A stretch of 64,000 nucleotides of DNA from an uncultured Eubacteriales bacterium (GCA_964456985.1 CAYWDH010000011.1:941-64940); one strand, 5' to 3'; shown: positions 10,160 to 19,675, numbered from the stretch's first letter. Numbers and translations are program-made. Notes: generated by a model not told the origin, from the letters alone.

Positions 10160-10669
10160 CTATCTTTCTGAAAGGATTCTTTTCTGGAGCTCTTTTGCCT
10201 CTGCCAGCAGTTCATCCAGCTTGTCAAAGATGATTCTGACCTTGATATTAGGAAGCTTTCTTTTCCCCTCCTGCTGGGAAGCGTAATTCAAGCTCAGGAA
10301 TTTCCTGATCTCCTCTATGTCCATCAGCTTGTTTAAAAACTCATCTTGGATAAGTTCTTCTTCCAGCTCCTGTTCTTCCTCTGTTTTAGCAAGCATGTTG
10401 TACTCGTCTAGCAGGTTTTCCCTCCAGTTTTTATAATCAGATGTTACATATTCGGGAAGAGGCCCTAAAAGCCTTCTGGCATTTTTCATGGATTCTCTGA
10501 AAAAATCTTCCCCTTCACGCAGAAACCTTTTGGCTCTATAAAAGTTAGTCTGACTCTGTTGGGAATCCTTTTTCAAGATATTCTCAAATGCCTCTATGGC
10601 TTCCTTTAAAGACCGAAAACATTTAAGGGCCTTCGGATACACTAATTTTTCCGTATCTTTTGTTTCCAT
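10160..10669 (-). CDS. Hypothetical helical, charged protein
   Basis: 169-aa ORF downstream of pfkA on the same strand. No recognisable motif. Confidence 0.45.
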   Translation of the reverse strand: METKDTEKLVYPKALKCFRSLKEAIEAFENILKKDSQQSQTNFYRAKRFLREGEDFFRESMKNARRLLGPLPEYVTSDYKNWRENLLDEYNMLAKTEEEQELEEELIQDEFLNKLMDIEEIRKFLSLNYASQQEGKRKLPNIKVRIIFDKLDELLAEAKELQKRILSER

Positions 10670-10713
10670 GCTGCTATACTCCCATCCTTTATCCAGAGAG
10701 GCTTCTCAATAAA

Positions 10714-11670
10714 TCAAGTTAAAATCTGGATCAATTCCATAAATCGAGAAAAATTTTCGCGTTTATACCGGACCGCATCCTTTAAAGGATAGACCACTGG
10801 TGCATCATTTCTCCAGCCTACAGCATGATGCCTTTTTCCCTGTAGGAGAGCATCCACTGCCGCTCTCCCCATTTTGGCTCCCAAAATCCTGTCAAAAGCA
10901 CTGGGGCTTCCCCCTCTTTGAATATGTCCTATGACCGTAACCCGGACATCATCAATATGTTCTTTGAGTTCTTCTTCCAGGATTCTTGTCTTTCCCGATC
11001 CTTCGGCAATAATAATGATCCAGCTTTTTTTCCCTAATTTTCTGCCCTTCTGAACTTTTTCCAAAACACTGTCTATATCCTGTTTGATCTCCGGAATAAT
11101 GACGTCTTCGGCTCCTCCTGCCAGGGCAGAGTGAACCGCGAGGGATCCGGACTCTCTTCCCATGACCTCAACCAGGAAAATTCGGTCCATGCTGTAAGCT
11201 GTATCCCTTATCTTGTCTATGGCATCCATAGCTGTGTTTAAGGCTGTGTCAAAGCCCAGTGTTTCCTGCGTACCGGCAATGTCATTATCTATTGTGGCCG
11301 GAATTCCAATGGCAGGGAAATCAAATTCCCTGTTAAACACCAGTGCCCCTTTATAAGAGCCGTTTCCGCCTATGACAACAAATCCCTCAATCTCGCTTTC
11401 AACCAGATTTTTGTACGCTTCTTTCCGTCCCGTTTTTTTTAAGAAATCCTCTGACCTGGCCGTTTTTAAAAACGTACCTCCGAGATTGATGATATTGCTG
11501 ACATCCCGTCTTCCCAGCTCGATGAAGACCTTATTGACCAGCCCCTGGTATCCGTGAGATACCCCTACTACTGAAAGCCCCTGGGATAAGGCATACCTCA
11601 CCACACTCCTTATGGCGCTGTTCATTCCCGGCGAGTCGCCGCCTGAGGTCAAAATAGCGATTCTCTTCAT
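10714..11670 (-). CDS. pfkA: ATP-dependent 6-phosphofructokinase
   Basis: 318 aa. It has the canonical N-terminus MKRIAILTSGGDSPGMNSAIRSVVR. Further PfkA blocks are present: GGNGSYKGA, PATIDNDI, MGRESGSLA and GHIQRGG. Confidence 0.92.
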   Translation of the reverse strand: MKRIAILTSGGDSPGMNSAIRSVVRYALSQGLSVVGVSHGYQGLVNKVFIELGRRDVSNIINLGGTFLKTARSEDFLKKTGRKEAYKNLVESEIEGFVVIGGNGSYKGALVFNREFDFPAIGIPATIDNDIAGTQETLGFDTALNTAMDAIDKIRDTAYSMDRIFLVEVMGRESGSLAVHSALAGGAEDVIIPEIKQDIDSVLEKVQKGRKLGKKSWIIIIAEGSGKTRILEEELKEHIDDVRVTVIGHIQRGGSPSAFDRILGAKMGRAAVDALLQGKRHHAVGWRNDAPVVYPLKDAVRYKRENFSRFMELIQILT

Positions 11671-11718
11671 CTTCAGTTAATCTGATATCAGATTATGGTG
11701 TTAGAGTCAACAAAATCA

Positions 11719-13218
11719 TCAATTTGTATTGAAAAGAAGAGCATAGATATCCGGAAGACTGCTCTGTATTTTCAATAAAAGGGCCTCCGGCAGGTGCTTC
11801 TTTTGCAAAGGAACTCTCTTGACATAAAGAAAGGAGCTGTTGATGTCCCGTCCGTATTTATAATCAACAGGAAACTCCCCTGCGGAATCGATCCGGATGG
11901 AATCCAGCAATGGGTTCGGAACGGATAGGAAAAACCGGCTTTCGCTGTTCTTGTTCCGGCCGAAAAGATTGTTCTCTCGGAAATAAAGATAAAGGCTCAC
12001 GGCTTCTGCCTCTGCAGGGTCAATGATGTGGATCTCTTCCGGAATGATATCCCTGTATTTCTCGTTAAAAGATCTGAGAAAAAGAAAATGATCCCTGAAT
12101 TCCTGCTCAAAGAGCGGATAATGGGTGCATCCGAGGATAACGGATCTGATCCTCCCTGTCTCTCCTCTCTCCAGGGCCTCTGTGACCAGGCTTGTCACAT
12201 AGTACTTTATATAGTTTTCAACGGAATTGAGTTCCACGGTGATGATGTTCCTCTCCTCATCCCTTTCCAAAAGCAGTCCATCTCCAGTATCAAAATGGTA
12301 TTCTTCCCAGAGGGAAAGATCTATGGAATAGACAGGATGGCCTATTCCCGGACCCTGATAAAGACCGGATCCCCTGACATCGGCTGTATCAGGTATAATA
12401 TAAGCCGGATCTCCGTCTACTGCGCCGGCCAATCCGAAACACGGCTGCTGCAGTATGTTGACTTCTTTAATACCTCTTGCCGAAAAATATTTTTTGAGTG
12501 CCCTGGAATACCCTCCGGAACTGCAGGTCCCTTCCGTGGCAAAAACAGCCACCGTATCCATTGTATCCGCATCATAGAGCTGAACAGCCTCTTTGGCTCC
12601 GGCATCTATGATTCCAATAGCCTTCATATCCGATCCCCAATCTTTGAGTACCTGTTCCACGAGCTCAAATCCGTAAGCCGTGGCTGTATTGCAGGCTATG
12701 ACAATGGCTTTGACCGGTAGTTTTTCACCTGTCGGGGATTTTTCCTCCGGAGAGGCATAATATCTATCTCCCAAAAGAAACCGGACATCCTTGATGATCA
12801 ATTCTTTAAGAAAATCGGTTTTTCCTTCGGACGGATACCTTCCGTAAGGCATATTGGCCCTATCCCCCAGATAAACGAACTTCTCTGAAATAAAATCAGG
12901 AATCCCGTCACTGCCTCGCTCATGGGTACGGTTATCAAACGCATCCAGCCGGATAATGGCATTCAATACGGTCAGCCCTCCTGTCCCGGAATCAAAAACG
13001 CCTATGGGTAAAGGATCCCGATCTTGGGGGTATTCGCTAAAGTCAATATAAAACGGACTGTTTTGATCCGAGCTTATCTCAGATATCAAGCTCAATTTCT
13101 CTGAACCGGAGGTGAGCTTATTGTCCTGCTTTTTAACGGAGGACGAACAGGAAGAAAAAAGAGCGGCTACAAGAAGCGCAAAAATCAAAAAACATCCTTT
13201 ACCCTTTCTATGTTTCAT
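11719..13218 (-). CDS. Glutamate-racemase-fold (MurI-like) protein with lipoprotein signal and large insertions
   Basis: 499 aa. It has a lipobox (LVAALFSSC). MurI signatures are present: IGVFDSGTGGLTVLNAI, VIACNTATAYG (first catalytic Cys) and ILGCTHYPLF (second catalytic Cys). Confidence 0.65.
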   Translation of the reverse strand: MKHRKGKGCFLIFALLVAALFSSCSSSVKKQDNKLTSGSEKLSLISEISSDQNSPFYIDFSEYPQDRDPLPIGVFDSGTGGLTVLNAIIRLDAFDNRTHERGSDGIPDFISEKFVYLGDRANMPYGRYPSEGKTDFLKELIIKDVRFLLGDRYYASPEEKSPTGEKLPVKAIVIACNTATAYGFELVEQVLKDWGSDMKAIGIIDAGAKEAVQLYDADTMDTVAVFATEGTCSSGGYSRALKKYFSARGIKEVNILQQPCFGLAGAVDGDPAYIIPDTADVRGSGLYQGPGIGHPVYSIDLSLWEEYHFDTGDGLLLERDEERNIITVELNSVENYIKYYVTSLVTEALERGETGRIRSVILGCTHYPLFEQEFRDHFLFLRSFNEKYRDIIPEEIHIIDPAEAEAVSLYLYFRENNLFGRNKNSESRFFLSVPNPLLDSIRIDSAGEFPVDYKYGRDINSSFLYVKRVPLQKKHLPEALLLKIQSSLPDIYALLFNTN

Positions 13219-13232
13219 GTGCAGGTGCTCGA

Positions 13233-16200
13233 TTATTTTTTCTCTTTTATGAGATCATTGATAACGCTTATGGCTTTTTCAAGCTGGGGATCCGCACCGC
13301 TTAATTCATTATTCAGGTCATTAACCACTTCAATATCCGGCTTAACTCCCCCGCTTGTCTCCAGGTCCTTTCCGTCAAGGGTGAAACATCCCCAGAAAGG
13401 CAGTCTGAAATAAGCTCCGTTCATCAATCCTGCTCCGGTCGTGAAGATCAACCAGCCGTAAGTGGTGTTTCCGATAACAGGTCCTCTGTCAAGGGCTTTA
13501 AAACCATTCGCTGTCATCTCTCCGTCACTGAGTGTCACTTCATTAACCAGAAGCACTATGGGTTTGTCTTCGAATCCATAGGATGATTGAGGCGTCTCAG
13601 AAAGGCCTCTTATCTTCCACTTCGCATAAACAGGCTTTGTGAGAGCCTGTAAGACCCTGTCATGAACATTTCCGCCAAAATTATAGCGCAGGTCCAGTAT
13701 CAATCCTTTCCTCGGCACAGCGTCCCTCTCGAGCTCTTTGAGAAATCTTTCCAGGTCTCCCCAGCCCATGGCCCGCATATATATATAAGCTATCTTATCA
13801 TCCGTATTTTTCTTTACATAATCACGCCGGCTGTCTATCCACTCCTCTAAAACGAGCCGGCTTTCCCGTCCGGCAGAGATCGGTTCGACCGAGACTTTCT
13901 TTTCTTCGCCCGCCTTGTCTTTCTTAAAACTCAGTACGATCCTCTTCCCTATCTTTCCGTTAAAAAGCTTCCATATGTTTTCCTGAGCTTTGACACTCTG
14001 CCCGTTTACGGATACCAGCTCATCCCCTTGAGATATCTCTTCTCTGTAAAAGTACAATGGACCGTCCTTTATGATTCGCTTCAAAAAGACCTTACCCTCA
14101 GCTAAATCCCACTCGGCTCCGACATGGGCGCTCGGCTCCTCTGTCCTTAGTCCCATGGTCCCTCTTATTCCGGAATGAGAGGAATTGAGATATCCGATCA
14201 TTTCATTGGCATAATCATAAAAATCTCTGTCCTCCCGCACCTGTTGAAGCACAGGCTTAAATTTTTCATAGAGCCCGTCCCAATCAACATTGTGGAGTTT
14301 CTCATCATAATAATAGTGCTTCAGCGTATAGTAGACCTCTCCCAGCATCTGTTCGTATTCATCGACCTTATCCACTTTAATATCCACATCAAAAGACACC
14401 CTTTCGCTCTTGCTTGATTTTAAGTTTATTCTTCCAATATTTCCGGAACTCAGATAATACAGATATTCTCCGCCTTTACGGCACTGAAGACTTCTCGGAT
14501 ATCTGATGGCGGGCATAAACGGTTCGAACTTCCCTCTTTCTTCCTTTTTCAGGCTGGTCTTCCATAAATGATACGTCCCGTCCGTATCTGACACGAAATA
14601 GACTGTTTCCTTATCCACAGGAGAGATCACAAAGGCACTATCATCACCCAGACTGTTCGTTATCCTCTTGGTCTGCCTTTCTATGTCTTCCATATCAAAA
14701 ACGACCTTGGGTTCTTCCTTATCCTTCTCCTCTTTGTCTTTCTTCTTCTCGTCTTCTTTATCTTTATCCTCGGCCTTAAAAAGCTCCTCGAATTTATCTT
14801 CCTTGAATTCGGGTTTTTCAGGGGCAAAATCAACTCTATAGATATCCCATTTCCCCGTGAATTCAGGAAAGCTGTGCCCGAAACGGTTGGATGAGAACAG
14901 CATGAACTTGCAGTCCTGAGACCAGTAAGGGCTTCCTTCATCATAAGCCGTATCAGTAAGAAGAATCTTCTGTTTCGAATTGATATCAACGGCAAAAATA
15001 TCCGAATTGCTGTTTCTTTGAGGGACAACAGCCAGATAGGCACTGTCCGGAGACCAGACGAACACATCGCCAAAACGGCCTCCAAAATCCCCCTCTATAA
15101 GCAGGTGGTCATCTTTTTTGTCAGAACTGATGAGTCTTATCTGTTTTTTCCCTCTGTAATAAGCAATCCATTTCCCGTCCGGGGAAAAAGTGGGCAGCAG
15201 CTCATCCTCGAGGCTTGAAACCAGGAGTTCCGGTTCCTCGTCTCCCAGCGCTGAAACAAGATATATATCAGGATTGGCGTTTTTATCACAAATATACACC
15301 AAAAAGCGGCTGTCCTTATCCCAGTTGATCTGTTTTTCCCTCCATGGAGTCCGGGTGATATTGCGCGCAAATCCCCCCTTACTTGCCATGACAAAGATAT
15401 CTCCCCGCACCACAGCCGCTATCTTTTTTCCGTCCGGAGAGATTCTGTATTCGGAAACAGACGCTTCTTTGTAATGAAAAGTCCTGCTGTTTTTTGTCTC
15501 ACTGGGCGCACTGATTTTAACAGGGTGGGATTCGCCTTTTTCCAGGTCTGTTATCCATAATCCGAAATCTCTTTCATAGACCGATAAAGCGACATCATCC
15601 GCTATGGAGAGCCATTTTATATCTCCCTCTTTAAAGTGTGTGACAGGGGTCAAACCGGTTCCGTCTTTTCCTACGGACCAGATGTTCTTGTTATTGTATT
15701 GCCTGTCACTGACGAAATATATTGTTCCTTCGGAAGGGCCCCAGTGAGGCCAAAAACAGTTGCTCTGGTCCGAGATTACAAGTTCCGCCTGTTTTGTATC
15801 GAATCCTTTTCTCCAGATCTCGGATGTGTTGGAACCCCGGTAGCCCCTTCTCCACCAATACCCGTTCTCCATTCCTAATGAAAAGACATATTTCTGTCCA
15901 TCCGGAGACAGATCCGCATAATAAGGCCAGCTCCAGTAAGTATCAAGGATAGGATAAGCATTCCCTCCCTGCAGGGAAATCTTAAAAAGGCTTGAAGAAG
16001 AGGAACGGCCTGAATGAAAAATGACCCAATTTCCATCCGGAGAGATGTCATTTCCCACATCACCTGCCGAATGATACGTAAGGCGCCTGGGCACTCCTCC
16101 TTCCGAATCTATGACATAGATATCATCATTCCCGTTTCGGTTTGAGGTAAAAACCAGCTGCTTTCCATCCGGGGTCCACAAAGGCTTGTAATCATAGGCT

Positions 16201-16400
16201 ATATGGTCAGTAATCCTCCGGGCATCCCCTCCTTTTGAGGAAACAACCCAGATATCCCCCATATAAGAAAAAGCAATCATGCTCCCGTCATTGGAAAGAG
16301 CCGGATACCTGAGACCTATAAGTTCTTCGGAATACACAGATCCCGAAAACATCACCGCACCTAATAAAACTAAAATCCATATAAGACTTTTTTTCTTCAC
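13233..16400 (-). CDS. Tricorn protease homolog (second paralog), secreted
   Basis: 1055 aa with a GTG start at 16400 and a signal peptide (MKKKSLIWILVLLGAVMFSGSVYS). PD40 blades are present (WTPDGKQLVF, ISPDGNWVIF, LSPDGQKYVF, ISPDGKKIAA, FSPDGKWIAY, WSPDSAYLAV). A PDZ segment (GDELVSVNGQSV) and an S41 core (ILDLRYNFGGNVHD...VNEVTLSDGE) follow. Confidence 0.8.
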   Translation of the reverse strand: MKKKSLIWILVLLGAVMFSGSVYSEELIGLRYPALSNDGSMIAFSYMGDIWVVSSKGGDARRITDHIAYDYKPLWTPDGKQLVFTSNRNGNDDIYVIDSEGGVPRRLTYHSAGDVGNDISPDGNWVIFHSGRSSSSSLFKISLQGGNAYPILDTYWSWPYYADLSPDGQKYVFSLGMENGYWWRRGYRGSNTSEIWRKGFDTKQAELVISDQSNCFWPHWGPSEGTIYFVSDRQYNNKNIWSVGKDGTGLTPVTHFKEGDIKWLSIADDVALSVYERDFGLWITDLEKGESHPVKISAPSETKNSRTFHYKEASVSEYRISPDGKKIAAVVRGDIFVMASKGGFARNITRTPWREKQINWDKDSRFLVYICDKNANPDIYLVSALGDEEPELLVSSLEDELLPTFSPDGKWIAYYRGKKQIRLISSDKKDDHLLIEGDFGGRFGDVFVWSPDSAYLAVVPQRNSNSDIFAVDINSKQKILLTDTAYDEGSPYWSQDCKFMLFSSNRFGHSFPEFTGKWDIYRVDFAPEKPEFKEDKFEELFKAEDKDKEDEKKKDKEEKDKEEPKVVFDMEDIERQTKRITNSLGDDSAFVISPVDKETVYFVSDTDGTYHLWKTSLKKEERGKFEPFMPAIRYPRSLQCRKGGEYLYYLSSGNIGRINLKSSKSERVSFDVDIKVDKVDEYEQMLGEVYYTLKHYYYDEKLHNVDWDGLYEKFKPVLQQVREDRDFYDYANEMIGYLNSSHSGIRGTMGLRTEEPSAHVGAEWDLAEGKVFLKRIIKDGPLYFYREEISQGDELVSVNGQSVKAQENIWKLFNGKIGKRIVLSFKKDKAGEEKKVSVEPISAGRESRLVLEEWIDSRRDYVKKNTDDKIAYIYMRAMGWGDLERFLKELERDAVPRKGLILDLRYNFGGNVHDRVLQALTKPVYAKWKIRGLSETPQSSYGFEDKPIVLLVNEVTLSDGEMTANGFKALDRGPVIGNTTYGWLIFTTGAGLMNGAYFRLPFWGCFTLDGKDLETSGGVKPDIEVVNDLNNELSGADPQLEKAISVINDLIKEKK

Positions 16401-16445
16401 TTCATTCCCCTTTCATAAATTATTTAACAAAAATACAGAACAGAA

Positions 16446-16473
16446 TTAATAGCCTTGACGATGAACGAGTCAA
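16446..16473 (-). promoter_or_regulatory. Candidate sigma70-type promoter for the tricorn paralog 13233..16400
   Basis: On the minus strand, TTGACT (16473..16468) is followed by 16 nt and then TATTAA (16451..16446). This lies about 45 nt upstream of the GTG at 16400. Confidence 0.3.
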
Positions 16474-16527
16474 AGCTGATGTGTCATTGCGAACGACCGT
16501 AAGGGAGTGAGGCAATCTCAGCCCCGC

Positions 16528-16731
16528 TCAGGCTTTCGTCACATTTTTAGCCACAAGGCCGCGTTCGTTTTCTTCTATATCAAAATTGACTTCTTCTCCC
16601 TCTGTGAGTGTTTTAAAACCGGGCATGGCAATGGAGGAATAGTGAACAAAAATGTCCTTATCCTGCCCCTCCTGTTCAATAAATCCATACCCTCTCTCAT
16701 CACTAAACCATTTCACAATTCCTTTAGCCAA
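16528..16731 (-). CDS. csp: Cold-shock protein (CspA family)
   Basis: 67 aa. [22 protein letters not shown]...DIFVHYSSI contains the RNP1 (KGYGFI-type) and RNP2 (VFVHY-type) motifs. Confidence 0.95.
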   Translation of the reverse strand: MAKGIVKWFSDERGYGFIEQEGQDKDIFVHYSSIAMPGFKTLTEGEEVNFDIEENERGLVAKNVTKA

Positions 16732-16887
16732 GACTTAAACCTCCTTACGTTTTATAAGCACATACCTGTTGATAAAACGAATGAACATTGGAAAAAATTA
16801 ATCCTGTGTTTTTAATTCCATGGCGAGACTTACTTTTTTGGTGGGACTTTTCTCATTAAAAACTCAAAACTCTCATTACTCTCTAGT

Positions 16888-16916
16888 CTTATAGCACAGG
16901 AAAAATCAATTGTCAA
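16888..16916 (-). promoter_or_regulatory. Near-consensus sigma70 promoter for csp, with a 5-prime UTR of about 150 nt
   Basis: On the minus strand, TTGACA (16916..16911) is followed by 17 nt and then TATAAG (16893..16888). The predicted start near 16880 leaves a leader of about 150 nt before the ATG at 16731. Long leaders are common for cspA-type genes. Confidence 0.5.
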
Positions 16917-17112
16917 AACTATTTTCCCCTGGAAATAATGAAAAATGGAGTGTTTTTATATAAGGATATTAAAAAAATTTTAAAATAGAGCCATGGATAT
17001 CACCTCTGGTATCATTGCAGTGATTCAATCTTCGCCTCCTCAAGCTCAGCTCTCCATAGCCGCTGAGGAACAATCCGAGTATATTTAAAACTCTAATTCC
17101 TTACTTCTGGGG

Positions 17113-17230
17113 CAAGGGAAAGCTCTATTCTTACTGAACATCACTAATTCTCATTTCTGTTGGATTTTGTTGACCAGATGTGTTTTTTGTTTGTATTATA
17201 ATCAAAAGAATTGCTTTGAGGGCAGAAATT
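17113..17230 (+). repeat. Promoter-bearing repeat, copy 1 (degenerate, 3-prime truncated)
   Basis: TTGACC at 17170..17175 and TATTAT at 17194..17199, spacer 18 nt. The left flank aagggaaagctctattcttactga parallels copy 2. The leader is kept only to ttgctttgagggcagaaatt. It lies 126 nt upstream of the ATG at 17357. Confidence 0.6.
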
Positions 17231-17356
17231 CTATAAAGAGGATCGGCATACGTTTCTTTAGAAAAATAAAGATTTGAAAACTCTATATTTAAATCAGATA
17301 AAACTCAAAGCGGAGAAGAGTAGAATAAAAAAAAATAAAAAAAAGGAGTAATTAAA

Positions 17357-18391
17357 ATGAAGTATCTACGTATCTGTCTGGTCTTCCTGTGGGCAATGGC
17401 AATATTGAGCTGTACCCCAGCTCAAGAGCAAGAGCCGGGCGGTTATCACCTGCTTAAAAAGCATGTGCTTGGTGGTGAGGGCGGATGGGATTACATGGCA
17501 CTGGACGGCCGGACCCGCCTCCTCTATGTGACACACAGCAATACTGTCGAGGTCCTGAATGTCGACACCGGTGTTAAGGGTGAGCCGATTGTCAATCTCA
17601 ATGGAGCCCATGGGGTGGCCTTTGCTCCGGAAAGAAACCGGGGATATATATCTAATGGCAGGGGCAACTCTGTTTCCGTCTTTGATCTCAAAACTCACGA
17701 GATCCTTGAAGAAATTCCATCCTCTGGCCAAAATCCTGACTCCATCATGTACGATGCTTACTCAGATCGAGTTTTTACTTTCAATGGCAGGACAGGGAAC
17801 GCAACGGCCATAGATGCTGCTGAGAACAAGGTTGTCGGGACGGTCGATATCGGGGGTAAGCCTGAATTCTGTGTCACGGATACCAAAGGCACGATCTTTG
17901 TGAACAACGAGGACACAAGCGAGATTGTCGCCTTCGACTCCAAGTCTCTCGAAGTAATAAAACGGTGGTCGATCGCACCCGGTGAGGGTCCGAGCGGTTT
18001 GGCCATTGACCTCAAAGGCAAGCGACTGTTCAGTGTTTGCGATGAAGTTATGGTCGTTTCAGATTTCGTCAATGGAAATGTCGTCACGACGGTCCCCATT
18101 GGCCGTCGTCCAGATGCCGTTCGTTATGATCCTGAGACCAAGTTGATCTTCGCTTCGAACGGTGAGGGAACCCTGACGGTCATCAAACAGGAATCTCCTG
18201 ACGAGTACACTGTCATAGAAACAATCCCAACGGCCCGCGGTGCCCGAACCATGGAGCTTGACCCCAAAACGCACCATGTCTTCGTCGTAACGGCGGAATA
18301 TGGTCCGACTCCGGAGCCCACCGAAGAGCGGCCGCGGCCCCGAACCCCTGTCATCCCGGGTTCGTTCATGGTGCTCGAATTCGCGAGATAA
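17357..18391 (+). CDS. YncE/YVTN-type beta-propeller lipoprotein
   Basis: 344 aa with a lipoprotein signal (LWAMAILSC). It has repeated blade-like segments (LYVTHSNTVEVLNVDTG, GYISNGRGNSVSVFDLKT, RVFTFNGRTGNATAIDAAEN, IFVNNEDTSEIVAFDSKS, RLFSVCDEVMVVSDF, LIFASNGEGTLTVI). It is visibly more GC-rich than its surroundings. Confidence 0.6.
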   Translation: MKYLRICLVFLWAMAILSCTPAQEQEPGGYHLLKKHVLGGEGGWDYMALDGRTRLLYVTHSNTVEVLNVDTGVKGEPIVNLNGAHGVAFAPERNRGYISNGRGNSVSVFDLKTHEILEEIPSSGQNPDSIMYDAYSDRVFTFNGRTGNATAIDAAENKVVGTVDIGGKPEFCVTDTKGTIFVNNEDTSEIVAFDSKSLEVIKRWSIAPGEGPSGLAIDLKGKRLFSVCDEVMVVSDFVNGNVVTTVPIGRRPDAVRYDPETKLIFASNGEGTLTVIKQESPDEYTVIETIPTARGARTMELDPKTHHVFVVTAEYGPTPEPTEERPRPRTPVIPGSFMVLEFAR

Positions 18392-18427
18392 TCCGAATCG
18401 TCACCCCAGGCTTTACATATTCTTTAC

Positions 18428-18543
18428 TAAGGGAGATCTCTATTCTTTCTATGCCGCATTAAAAATGATTTTCTGATATTCTCCCTCTTTATGGGTTACT
18501 TGTTGACCGGACGACTTTTTTGTGTGTATTATTAATGGTGAAA
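18428..18543 (+). repeat. Promoter-bearing repeat, copy 2 (left half only)
   Basis: TTGACC at 18503..18508 and TATTAT at 18527..18532, spacer 18 nt. Upstream, DLYSFYAALK..MIF..DIL looks like an internally deleted version of the transposase tail seen at 47302..47484. Similarity stops at taatggtgaa, immediately followed by the RBS aaggag and the ATG at 18558. Confidence 0.7.
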
Positions 18544-18557
18544 AGGAGATTGAGTTG

Positions 18558-19667
18558 ATGAAAAAAAAGTTTGTTCTGTTTTTGGTGATATTGCTGCTTT
18601 TTCCACTGACATTATTAGCCCAAAGCGGCCAGAAAATGATATTGAGGTTCTTTGCGGAAGGGACCATGCAGGCTATGGGGATTTATGGTCCAGCCGGTGT
18701 CAAAATCAAGGCAGAAGGATATGCCTATTTAGCTCCAGGAACTCAGGGGAAAATTACCGGGAAAGGTGATATCTCTGTGACCATGGATTTCAATTATCAG
18801 AAAACAGGCTATGTGAGCATAAGCCAACTTAAGGGTTATGGACAAGTGGAAGTTGTGGGGAAGAAAGAAGGTAAATTCCTGCGATTCTATTTTAAACCAG
18901 GCAGCATCCCCTGCAAAGGAGAGATCGTCATTAATTATCCGCCTCCGATGGGTACACAAAAGGAACCGTATGAGGATCAGTTTAATCCCCAAGTTATCGC
19001 GCCAGAAGGAAATCCGGAAGCAAAAATAGAGTGGAGGAATTCAGCAGGAGTGGAATTCAGTTATGGTCCTGAGAGCTATGCAGGGGGAGCGCAGAAAGCG
19101 TCTTGGAAATCTGAATTAACTATACATAACTTGGAACATTGGAAAATTCATGTAAAAGGGGAGGAGACTGATACCTTACAGCCCCCGATCAAGAATCCGA
19201 AACTTAAGACACAAAGCAAAGAGTTGCCTGTTGCCGGGAAGTTTGAATGGGATCTGACCGGTGAGTTTTATATAATCGGGGTAGAAGGGGCAAGGCAGTA
19301 TCATGAAGGACATATTGTCTCTTCAGTAATCACATCAGGGGTTGTTTTTGATTTTAATGATCTTTACAGACCGCAGGAACTTCCGAGCTTTAAAACTTTG
19401 ATGACAGAGGGAGAGATCGGCGGGAAGATGATTGGGATGGGCGATACTGTTCAGCTGCAATGGCCCAAATTCATACCAAAGATTAGTTACTCCTTTGTTC
19501 CCCAATTATCCTATTTGGGACAGGAGCGCCCTCGAAGAGAGTTCAAATCAGGAGATTTTATGGGTTATCTTTCAAGTGAGAAGTTGCCCCTGTTGGATGG
19601 ACTGAGCTCTACAATGGAAGTGTCTGACTGGCTGAAATACAGAATCACACTCAAAAAGATTAAATAA
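18558..19667 (+). CDS. Secreted hypothetical protein
   Basis: ORF 18522..19667. I prefer the ATG at 18558, preceded by AAGGAG, which gives the signal peptide MKKKFVLFLVILLLFPLTLLAQS. No recognisable domain. Confidence 0.6.
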   Translation: MKKKFVLFLVILLLFPLTLLAQSGQKMILRFFAEGTMQAMGIYGPAGVKIKAEGYAYLAPGTQGKITGKGDISVTMDFNYQKTGYVSISQLKGYGQVEVVGKKEGKFLRFYFKPGSIPCKGEIVINYPPPMGTQKEPYEDQFNPQVIAPEGNPEAKIEWRNSAGVEFSYGPESYAGGAQKASWKSELTIHNLEHWKIHVKGEETDTLQPPIKNPKLKTQSKELPVAGKFEWDLTGEFYIIGVEGARQYHEGHIVSSVITSGVVFDFNDLYRPQELPSFKTLMTEGEIGGKMIGMGDTVQLQWPKFIPKISYSFVPQLSYLGQERPRREFKSGDFMGYLSSEKLPLLDGLSSTMEVSDWLKYRITLKKIK

Positions 19668-19675
19668 TCATAATA

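Noticed and set aside
12028-12720. 230-aa + strand ORF antisense to the MurI-like gene. Similar long antisense or alternate-frame ORFs occur at 23934..24641, 21784..22236, 37880..38320 and 55090..55518.
   Set aside because: Each lies entirely inside a longer ORF with recognisable domain motifs on the other strand or frame. Their translations are low-complexity or Arg/Ser/Pro-rich, as expected for shadow ORFs, especially in the GC-richer genes.
16480-16520. Motif gtcattgcgaacgaccgtaagggagtgaggcaatc downstream of csp, considered as a terminator or small repeat element.
   Set aside because: Only a 5-bp stem (attgc/gcaat) with a 21-nt loop and no T-tract. There is a single copy in the window, so evidence is insufficient.
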